Translations under genes and position numbers: made by a program | DNA from: a virus | Taxonomy: Duplodnaviria; Caudoviricetes | IMG/VR virus record: IMGVR_UViG_3300036958_000855 | Span: 1-64,000 of that record | DNA: 64,000 bases | Reading direction: 5' to 3' (one strand) | Part shown: piece after piece, positions 8,783 through 15,699 of the stretch | Position numbering within the stretch: position 1 is the stretch's first letter | How the letters are laid out: each line of letters opens with the position of its first letter | The notes under the pieces: model-generated | What the model was told of the DNA's origin: nothing | Seen by the model: the letters and a program-made list of their open reading frames with translations, nothing else | Databases searched by the model: none

Positions 8783-8953
8783 ATGAACATGAGCGAGACG
8801 ATTGCCACCGCTACCGCCCTCCTCGACGCAGTGCGCGCGCAGAAGCCGACGACGCCCGGCGCCCGCAAGGAGATGCAGTGCGCGCTCGAAGCGGCTTACG
8901 AACTCCTCGCCGCGCTCGAAGCGGCGCAGGCCGACATGGCAAGGAGCAAGTGA
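8783..8953 (+). CDS. Small helical hypothetical protein (MNMSETIATATALLDAV...)
   Basis: First gene of the rightward operon; stop overlaps the next ATG. Confidence 0.6.
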   Translation: MNMSETIATATALLDAVRAQKPTTPGARKEMQCALEAAYELLAALEAAQADMARSK

Positions 8954-9396
8954 TGGCACGCACCCGCAACCAAGGCTCGAAGTGGATACGCCCCGAGAAG
9001 CGCCTCGCGCTCTATGCGCGGGACGGCTTCTGCTGCGCCTACTGCGGCGCTGGCGTGGAAGACGGCGCTGTGCTCACGCTCGACCACCTCGTGGCGTGCG
9101 AGCTTGGCGGAACGAACGAGGCCGACAACCTCGTGACCGCGTGCCTGAGCTGCAACTCGGCCAAGCAAGACCTCACGACCCGTGCCTGGTTCGCCACGCT
9201 GCGCGACCGTGGCGTGGACACGACGAAGCTCGGCGCCCGCATCCGGCGCCTCACTGCCAAGCCGCTCGACCTCGCCAAGGGGCGCGCGCTGCTTGCGGCA
9301 CGCAAGGACTCCAGCGCCGGGACGGACGACCCCGCGCTCGACCACGTGACTCTGGCGGACGGCACCGCCACCAACGACAAGGAGATTGACGCATGA
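8953..9396 (+). CDS. HNH endonuclease (McrA-type, CxxC...DH...N...CxxCN)
   Basis: RDGFCCAYCG, TLDHLVAC, GGTNEADNLVTACLSCN. Confidence 0.9.
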   Translation: MARTRNQGSKWIRPEKRLALYARDGFCCAYCGAGVEDGAVLTLDHLVACELGGTNEADNLVTACLSCNSAKQDLTTRAWFATLRDRGVDTTKLGARIRRLTAKPLDLAKGRALLAARKDSSAGTDDPALDHVTLADGTATNDKEIDA

Positions 9397-9621
9397 AGAC
9401 AACACTCGGAACCCTCGTGGGCAATGTGATTGATGCCCTCGGCCTCATCAACGCACGCGCCCAGCGAGTGCGGCTCCCTCGTGGCACGCTCCGCGACGCG
9501 CAAGGCTGCGGCGCTCGTGCGCGACGCCGGATACGCCTCCTACGACGACTTCCTCGCCGAAGTGGCAGAGCGGACGACCGCACGCTTCGCCAACTCCCTC
9601 GCTATCGACGTGGACTGCTGA
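9393..9621 (+). pseudogene. Apparently frameshifted small gene (starts in the 9393 frame, continues in the 9430-9621 frame)
   Basis: SD+ATG at 9393; GC3-rich codons move to the +1 frame near 9460-9480; that frame stops in TGATG overlap with the next gene. Confidence 0.45.
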
Positions 9622-9788
9622 TGAACCGAATCAAGAAGTGCGACTGCTGCGGGACTGCCTACTGCGCCATCCAGTGGGCATTCCTGCGCTACCTCGGCAC
9701 GACCACGCTCCCCTGGGGGGAAGTGCTGGAGTACCGAGATTGCTCGTGCGGCACGACCCTGACCATTCAGCTTCGGCAAGGAGATTGA
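9621..9788 (+). CDS. Small Cys-rich zinc-binding protein (55 aa)
   Basis: CDCCG ... RDCSCG; coupled start at 9621. Confidence 0.6.
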   Translation: MNRIKKCDCCGTAYCAIQWAFLRYLGTTTLPWGEVLEYRDCSCGTTLTIQLRQGD

Positions 9789-9790
9789 CA

Positions 9791-10984
9791 ATGACGACCA
9801 TCGCATCCCGGCTGCGCATCCTTCACGCGGCAATGTTCACCCCGGCAAACCGACACGGGCGCCTTGGGCTCACCGTGCTCTTTGAGGGCGACCCCGGCAC
9901 CGCCAAGAGCGACGCCATCGAGGAGTACGTGCACGAGACGCTCGGCATGCACTGCGAGGTGCTGAGCCCGAGCGAGCGCGGCGAGGCTGCCTTCGGCGCC
10001 ACTCCCTACCCCGTGCAGGCGAAGAAGGGTGGACCCACCCGCATCAGCTACCCGACCCCGGACTGGCTCGACGCTTACGACGCCGACATCGGAGGCGCTG
10101 TGTTTGTGGACGAGGCCAACACGGTCAACCCCGTGCTCCAAGCGCCCATGATGGGCCTCATCGGCGCCCGGCGCATCGGCGGAGCCCTGCTGCCCGACAA
10201 CGTGCGCGTGATTGGCGCCTGCAACCCCGTGGACATCGCGACCAACGGCCATGACTTCGAGCCCGCGCTCGCCAACCGCTGGTGCTTCCTGCGCTGGGAC
10301 GCGCCGAGCCCGGAGGAGCGGCGCGCCTACAACGCGCGGGTCGTGCAAGGCGCCAAGCTGCGCGAGCCCGTGGACACCAAGGCGGAGGAGGCTCGTGTGC
10401 GGGCTGCATGGCCTGCCGCATACGCCAGGGCCATCAGCCTGGAGAACGCCTTCTTCGCCGCGTGCCCGACGTGGAAGAACAAGATGCCTGGGCGTGACGA
10501 CCCTCGCATCCACCGCGCTTGGCCGAGTGACCGCTCCTGGGCGAACGCGACGCGCGCCCATGCCGCAAGCATGATTCACGGGCTCAGCGAGGAAGAACGC
10601 GACGAGTTCATCGCGGGCTTCGTGGGCGAAGCGGCTTGCCAAGCCTTCACGACGTGGATGGAGAAGGCCGACCTCCCCAACGCCGAGGACGTGCTCGACG
10701 GCAGGACGCCTTTCGTGCCAGACCACCGCATGGACAGGAATGGCGCCGTGCTGACTGCCTGCGCTGCCATCGTGAGCCCGAAGGAATGCCCGAACCGTGT
10801 GGCGCGGGCGAAGCGGCTCTGGGAATTGATGCTGAGCGTGAGCACGCACTCGATGGACGTGGTGATACCCGCGGCGCTCGACCTCGCATCTGCGCGCCTC
10901 ATCCCCGCGGAGGCCGACACGCTACTTGCGAGGCTCGACCCTATCCTCGAAGCGGCTGGCATTGGCGGGAAGGGGAGGGCGTGA
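9791..10984 (+). CDS. MoxR/dynein-related AAA+ ATPase
   Basis: Walker A GDPGTAKS, Walker B VFVDEAN, IGACNP sensor, EPALANRW arginine finger; SD-supported start at 9791. Confidence 0.9.
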   Translation: MTTIASRLRILHAAMFTPANRHGRLGLTVLFEGDPGTAKSDAIEEYVHETLGMHCEVLSPSERGEAAFGATPYPVQAKKGGPTRISYPTPDWLDAYDADIGGAVFVDEANTVNPVLQAPMMGLIGARRIGGALLPDNVRVIGACNPVDIATNGHDFEPALANRWCFLRWDAPSPEERRAYNARVVQGAKLREPVDTKAEEARVRAAWPAAYARAISLENAFFAACPTWKNKMPGRDDPRIHRAWPSDRSWANATRAHAASMIHGLSEEERDEFIAGFVGEAACQAFTTWMEKADLPNAEDVLDGRTPFVPDHRMDRNGAVLTACAAIVSPKECPNRVARAKRLWELMLSVSTHSMDVVIPAALDLASARLIPAEADTLLARLDPILEAAGIGGKGRA

Positions 10985-12246
10985 TGGCTCCGCGGCTGAC
11001 CCCGGACGAGGCGATGAGCGCTGGGCGCGCCGCTGCGCGCAAGAGCGCTCCCTACTTTGCGCCCCTCATCCTCCTGCTCGTGATGCGCGCCGTGCCCGGC
11101 TTGGCATCTGGCGACTGCCTGGGCATGGCAGTGACCGTGACGGGCTTCTTGCTCTACGACCCGGATGCCATCGTGCGCTGGACCACCAAGCAGCTCGCTG
11201 GCGTGCTCATCCACGAAGTGCTCCACATCTGGCTGCGCCACTTCGCCCGCATGACTGGGCTCGACCCCGACGCCTGGAACCGCGCTTGTGACCGAGCCAT
11301 CAACCCCATCGTGCTCAAGCTCGGGCTGGACCTTCCCGGCGATTATCTGATGCCTCGCGACATCGGCATGCCAGACGGCTTGAGCGCCATCGACTACTAC
11401 GAAGCCGAGCAGAAGCGCGGCAAAGGGAAGGGGCAGCCGCAGCCCGGCAACGGCAAGCCGCAAGCCGGGCAAGGGCAGCCCAAACCGGGCGAGGGTCGCT
11501 GGGGCAAGTGCGGAAGCGGCGCCGGGAACCCGGTGCCGGGCGAGCCGACGAAGGACGACCCGCAGGCGCGCGCGAGCGGCTCCGTGGAGCGCGCCACGAA
11601 GCAGGCAGCCGAAGCGCTCAACGACTACGCGGCGAAGCACGCGGGCAGGGTGCCCGGCGAACTCGCGCGCCACGCACCTGCCGTGCTCGCCCCTCCCAAG
11701 GTGCCCTGGCAACGCAAGCTCGCGACCATCGTGCGACGCGCCGTGCAGTGGCGCCCAGGGGCGCACGTGGCGCGCTACGACGGCATGAATCGACGCCAGG
11801 GCGGCATCGGCTACGGGCTCGGGCGCCCAATCCTCGCCAGACTGCGAGAGCCCGTGTGCAACGTGGCGGTCGTGCTCGACACTTCCGGCTCGATGGGCTC
11901 TGCGGAGCTTGGCCTCGCGATGCGCGAGACACGCGGAGTGCTCAAGGCGCTGCATGCCGATGTGACCTTCGTGGCGTGCGACACCAGAGTGCACTCGATG
12001 GAGCGCATCCACCGAGTCGAGGAAGCCGCAAAGCTCCTCAAGGGAGGGGGAGGCACGAGCTTCGCGCCCGCCTTCGAGGCGCTCGCCAAGGCGCAACCGA
12101 AGCCGGAAGTGGTCATCTTCCTCACGGATGGCTACGGCGACGCGCCCGAGACACAGCCCGCTGGCATGACGACCATCTGGGTGCTCGTGGGGAGCTGCAC
12201 GCGCAAGCCCTGCTCCTGGGGCGACTCCATCGAAGTGAAGGATTGA
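10984..12246 (+). CDS. DUF2201-type HExxH metallopeptidase-like domain fused to a vWA domain
   Basis: GVLIHEVLH...H motif, Gly/Pro linker, MIDAS VVLDTSGSM, GGGGTSF, IFLTDGYG. Confidence 0.85.
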   Translation: MAPRLTPDEAMSAGRAAARKSAPYFAPLILLLVMRAVPGLASGDCLGMAVTVTGFLLYDPDAIVRWTTKQLAGVLIHEVLHIWLRHFARMTGLDPDAWNRACDRAINPIVLKLGLDLPGDYLMPRDIGMPDGLSAIDYYEAEQKRGKGKGQPQPGNGKPQAGQGQPKPGEGRWGKCGSGAGNPVPGEPTKDDPQARASGSVERATKQAAEALNDYAAKHAGRVPGELARHAPAVLAPPKVPWQRKLATIVRRAVQWRPGAHVARYDGMNRRQGGIGYGLGRPILARLREPVCNVAVVLDTSGSMGSAELGLAMRETRGVLKALHADVTFVACDTRVHSMERIHRVEEAAKLLKGGGGTSFAPAFEALAKAQPKPEVVIFLTDGYGDAPETQPAGMTTIWVLVGSCTRKPCSWGDSIEVKD

Positions 12247-12306
12247 CCCGGCGCCAATCGCGCAAGCGTGCTTGCCATCTTTGCCGCAACGTGGCACAAG
12301 CACGGC

Positions 12307-12807
12307 ATGGGCAAGCCAGAACCAGCATCAGTACGCTTCTGGCGCAAGGTCGAACGCAGCGCGGATGGGTGCTGGCGTTGGCTTGGCGCGATTCGCCCGA
12401 ATGGGTATGGAGTATTCGCTCCGACGCGCGCACAGCTTGTTTCGGCGCATCGCTACTCGTACGAGCTGCACTTCGGCTCAATTCCAATTGGAGCGGACGT
12501 TTGCCACTCATGCGACGTGCGCGCCTGTGTCAATCCAGCGCATCTGTTCGTCGGGTCTCGCGCCGACAACATGAGGGACGCTGTTCGGAAGCGACGAACG
12601 TGCGTGGGCGAGCAGCGTCCGAATCACAAACTCACAGACTCGGCGGTTCGCGAGATTCGCCGCGCGTATGCAGCGGGTGGAGAATCGCTGCTGCGATTGG
12701 CAAGGCGTTATGCTGTGGACCACACCGTCATCTGGCAGGTGGTTCGCGGAAAGGCGTGGAAGCATGTCCGCAACGAAGAGCGCGTTGGGGCGTCGGTCCA
12801 GAGCTAA
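12307..12807 (+). CDS. Free-standing HNH homing endonuclease with C-terminal HTH
   Basis: CWRWLG, GYG, AHRYSY, VCHSCDVRACVNPAHL...DN; more A/T-ending codons than its neighbours. Confidence 0.88.
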   Translation: MGKPEPASVRFWRKVERSADGCWRWLGAIRPNGYGVFAPTRAQLVSAHRYSYELHFGSIPIGADVCHSCDVRACVNPAHLFVGSRADNMRDAVRKRRTCVGEQRPNHKLTDSAVREIRRAYAAGGESLLRLARRYAVDHTVIWQVVRGKAWKHVRNEERVGASVQS

Positions 12808-13210
12808 GGGTGCTGCCTTTGAGCGACTCGTGGCGAAGAAAGTGCGCGATGTGTATCCAGAAGCGCGTCGTGGCATCGGCCAAGCAAGGTCAGCGAAGGA
12901 GGTATGTGATGTGGATGGCACCCCATGGTGGTTTGAGCTGAAGCACAAGAAGGGCGTCTCCGTGCTCGCGGCACTCCGCCAAGCGCAGCGTGACACGGAC
13001 AAGCGCCCAGTCGTGGTGGTGTGGCGCGAGAGTGGCGAACGCACCATCTACGCGAGCCTTGACGTGAACACGTTCGTCCGCAACTTCACGAAGGTCGAGG
13101 TCGCGCTTGGGCGCGAGCCCAAGGCGCTCGGCGGTCTGGACGAACTGCTCGTGCACTTGGCGTTGGATGACTTCCTGCGCCTTCTCAAAGGAGGCTGGGT
13201 GTGGCGATGA
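12764..13210 (+). CDS. Holliday junction resolvase (Hjc-like PD-(D/E)xK nuclease)
   Basis: SRAKGAAFERLVAKK...CDVDG...WFELKHKK. Confidence 0.8.
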   Translation: MSATKSALGRRSRAKGAAFERLVAKKVRDVYPEARRGIGQARSAKEVCDVDGTPWWFELKHKKGVSVLAALRQAQRDTDKRPVVVVWRESGERTIYASLDVNTFVRNFTKVEVALGREPKALGGLDELLVHLALDDFLRLLKGGWVWR

Positions 13211-13428
13211 TGGCAAGCGCTGCCTTGCGCGTCATCGTTGGTACGTGCCAACTCGGCGCCTTCTCGTGGCGTGCTGCCGTGCTCATGCCCTCGTCTGCGT
13301 ACGAAGCTATCGCGCATTCTCCAGAGGCTGCCGTGCGTGGAGCCCTGGAGACGTACGTTGCCCAAGCGTGTCCAGAAGCATCTCACTCCGCGCTCGTAGC
13401 GCACCTCCGGCGACTTCTGACAAACTGA
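13207..13428 (+). CDS. Hypothetical protein
   Basis: ATGA overlap with the resolvase stop; last gene before the convergent terminators. Confidence 0.5.
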   Translation: MMASAALRVIVGTCQLGAFSWRAAVLMPSSAYEAIAHSPEAAVRGALETYVAQACPEASHSALVAHLRRLLTN

Positions 13429-13563
13429 CGGGGCTGCGAGGTGGGTCGCAGCCCCGAGACAAAGAACACGCCCTCGGCGGTCACGCCCTCCGTCACCCTG
13501 CACCGGCAACAGAGGCGCCTTGGGCGTGTTCAGCTTGTGCCAGAGTCCTGCCTAGCAGGACTC
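13429..13563. terminator. Structured convergent terminator region
   Basis: 11-bp stem 13429-13456 after the plus-strand operon; 9-bp stem 13543-13563 with the late-operon stop codon as loop; GAACACGCCC/GGGCGTGTTC arms between them; no clear U-tract. Confidence 0.55.
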
Positions 13564-13857
13564 AGCGGCTTCACACGATGCAGCCGACGCAAGGCATGAC
13601 GTGCGGAAGTCGATGCCGTTCGCTTGGGCGTTGGCGCACACGTCCTCGCACGAGGCTCCGCGCGCCGTCGGCTTGCCGATGTCGCACCCGAGACGACGCA
13701 TGTTCTCGCACGCTGCCGGGCAGCCGGGCAGCGCTACGCCTCCGTCGTTGGTCGGGGCTGGTGGTGGGTTTGGTGGTGGTGGCGGAGGGCAGCCTTGCAC
13801 GGCGACGGCCAGTATGAGCGCCGTCGCGAACAGCGATACGCGAGCGTAGAGCTTCAT
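13552..13857 (-). CDS. Pro/Cys-rich lipoprotein (o-spanin-like candidate)
   Basis: Signal peptide with lipobox VQG-C, poly-Pro linker, multiple Cys; last gene of the lysis-like cassette. Confidence 0.6.
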   Translation of the reverse strand: MKLYARVSLFATALILAVAVQGCPPPPPPNPPPAPTNDGGVALPGCPAACENMRRLGCDIGKPTARGASCEDVCANAQANGIDFRTSCLASAASCEAAESC

Positions 13858-14642
13858 GCGGCAACCTCCAGCAGCGGCGCCGACTGGATGACGTACACGT
13901 CGTCCACCCAGGCGCTCTCGAACAGCTCTGGCGCGAGCACGCCAAGCCCGTCGTCGTATCCCCAATCGTCCCACCAGTTGTCGAACACGATGCATCCGTC
14001 CGAACGCACTTCCAGCACGGTCAACATGTGCCCGCCGAGAAGCCGCGTTCCGTCGATGGCGTGAATGGGCGCGTCGGAGCTGACTTTCGTGAACGGCTCG
14101 TCCACCTGAATGCCGAATATCATGCCGAGCCCGCGGCGTAGCGCGTCCTTAGCAGCGGACACGCGGCTGCCGAATGCGCGGTAGTAGCCGAAGTCCCGCT
14201 GGTCGTACGCGAGACGCAGCAGGTTGGCCTTCAGCTCATGGTTGACCTTGGCGTCGTCGTATGGGCACTGGTCCGCCCGAAGCATGCCAACGTTGCGCAC
14301 CGCCTTCATCGCGAGGCGCGGGTACATCCCCGTGTCGTCGAGCGGAGGAGCGGATGCCGGGTCGAGCCCGGCGTTTTCCTGCTTGCGCCCAGCCCAGTAG
14401 GTGAACATCGCGCTCGGCATGGGCGCCGCGTCGTTGCCGCGGGCGAGCTGGCAGATGTGCGAAGCGCGGGTGATGGCCTGCGCCACGCACGACCCAGCGT
14501 GTCCCTGAAGCAAACGCCCGCGACGGAAGCGCAGCACGGAGGCCTCCGATTGGATAGTCGTGCGCAGCTTCTGCCCGAACAACACCGAGGTCGAGTAGTC
14601 GCGCTCGTCTCGCTTGTCCTTCTTCCATCCGAGCGAGGTCAT
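13854..14642 (-). CDS. Papain-like (C1A) cysteine peptidase, no signal peptide
   Basis: GWKKDKRDERD N-terminus, QGHAGSCVAQA (Q/C), GGHML (H), FDNWWDDWG (N). Confidence 0.85.
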   Translation of the reverse strand: MTSLGWKKDKRDERDYSTSVLFGQKLRTTIQSEASVLRFRRGRLLQGHAGSCVAQAITRASHICQLARGNDAAPMPSAMFTYWAGRKQENAGLDPASAPPLDDTGMYPRLAMKAVRNVGMLRADQCPYDDAKVNHELKANLLRLAYDQRDFGYYRAFGSRVSAAKDALRRGLGMIFGIQVDEPFTKVSSDAPIHAIDGTRLLGGHMLTVLEVRSDGCIVFDNWWDDWGYDDGLGVLAPELFESAWVDDVYVIQSAPLLEVAA

Positions 14643-14643
14643 G

Positions 14644-14922
14644 TTACTGCCCTCCCGCCGAAGATGCAGGTGGTGGCGCTTGCGGCGCGGGTGCGGATGC
14701 CGCTGCGCGCTGTGCCGCTGTCTTGCGCCCGTACTCGGCCAGCTCCTTGTTCGTCATGCGAACCTCATAGACCTTCCCGTCCGGTCCGAGGTAGCGCAAT
14801 ACGGTGCACGCCTGCTGCGCCGCTTCCGCGGTCACATCTACGACCCCGCACACCGCGGCGCCGTGCCCGCACGCGGCGAGCGTGATTGCGAGCAAGATGC
14901 CCGCGAAGATTCGCTTGTTCAT
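14644..14922 (-). CDS. Small lipoprotein
   Basis: MNKRIFAGILLAITLAA-C lipobox. Confidence 0.7.
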   Translation of the reverse strand: MNKRIFAGILLAITLAACGHGAAVCGVVDVTAEAAQQACTVLRYLGPDGKVYEVRMTNKELAEYGRKTAAQRAAASAPAPQAPPPASSAGGQ

Positions 14923-15284
14923 GGGTTCTTGGCCTCCTCCGAAGGCTTCACCTCCGGCTTGGGTTTCGCGAACAGCTCACGCCCACCACGCAGGTACTCG
15001 ATGAGCCCGTCATGCATGAGCACGGCGAGCAGGGCGCCGATGAGGTTCTCCGCGAGCGCCTTCTGCCACGGCGCCCCAGCAGCGAATGCCTGGAGCCCGG
15101 CGCCCGCAAAGCCGAGCACGACGACCAGCAGCGTGCGCAGCTTGGATGGGATGCGCGCCACGAGCGGGATGGGCATGTCCGCCTTGAAGAGGCGCATCAC
15201 GAAGAAGATGACGATGGTTGCTGCGCCTGCCCAACGGTGGTCGAGCAAGAGCGTAACGAGTGTGCTGACGGCTTCGGAATCCAT
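14919..15284 (-). CDS. Holin-like membrane protein
   Basis: Two to three hydrophobic segments and a charged C-terminal tail, after the tail-fibre genes. Confidence 0.6.
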   Translation of the reverse strand: MDSEAVSTLVTLLLDHRWAGAATIVIFFVMRLFKADMPIPLVARIPSKLRTLLVVVLGFAGAGLQAFAAGAPWQKALAENLIGALLAVLMHDGLIEYLRGGRELFAKPKPEVKPSEEAKNP

Positions 15285-15297
15285 GGTGCCTCCTGGT

Positions 15298-15690
15298 CTA
15301 CTTGAGGAACAGCTCGGCGAGAAGCATGCCGAACCCGCCTCCGCCAAGCAGCAGGCTTGTGGCGGTCGTGATACCCCAGAACAGCCACTTGCGGCGCTCC
15401 TCGTCGCGTCGCTTCAACTCCGCCTTGAGGTCTAAAAGCTCGTGACGCCCGGTCGTTTCGTCGTGCTCCTTGAGGGCGCCAACGGACGTGCGCATCGTCG
15501 CCATCTCCGCATCTACCTGCTTGTGGCGCAATCGGCACGACCCCTCGAAGCCCTCCACCTTTCCGCCAAGGCGCAAGACCTCGCCCTTCATGTCGGACAG
15601 CTCCTCCATGACGCGCTTCTCGAAGGCGCGCTGCTCTTGCGACATCACGTGGAGAGCCGACATGATTCTGGCTTCTGCATCTGGTACCAC
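15298..15690 (-). CDS. Coiled-coil protein with C-terminal TM segment (XhlA/holin-accessory-like)
   Basis: Heptad-rich body, then RRKWLFWGITTATSLLLGGGGFGMLLAELF. Confidence 0.55.
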   Translation of the reverse strand: MVPDAEARIMSALHVMSQEQRAFEKRVMEELSDMKGEVLRLGGKVEGFEGSCRLRHKQVDAEMATMRTSVGALKEHDETTGRHELLDLKAELKRRDEERRKWLFWGITTATSLLLGGGGFGMLLAELFLK

Positions 15691-15699
15691 AGGAACCTC

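Noticed and set aside
8953-9396. HNH as the terminase-associated cos-nicking nuclease
   Set aside because: It lies in the early operon about 49 kb from terL, not beside the packaging genes
12268-12300. Sigma54 promoter (TGGCA...TTGC) on the minus strand
   Set aside because: GG-to-GC spacing is 11 nt rather than the required 10, and it faces against the operon
10576-12303. 575-aa minus-strand ORF
   Set aside because: Shadow of the AAA/vWA genes, which carry the recognisable motifs
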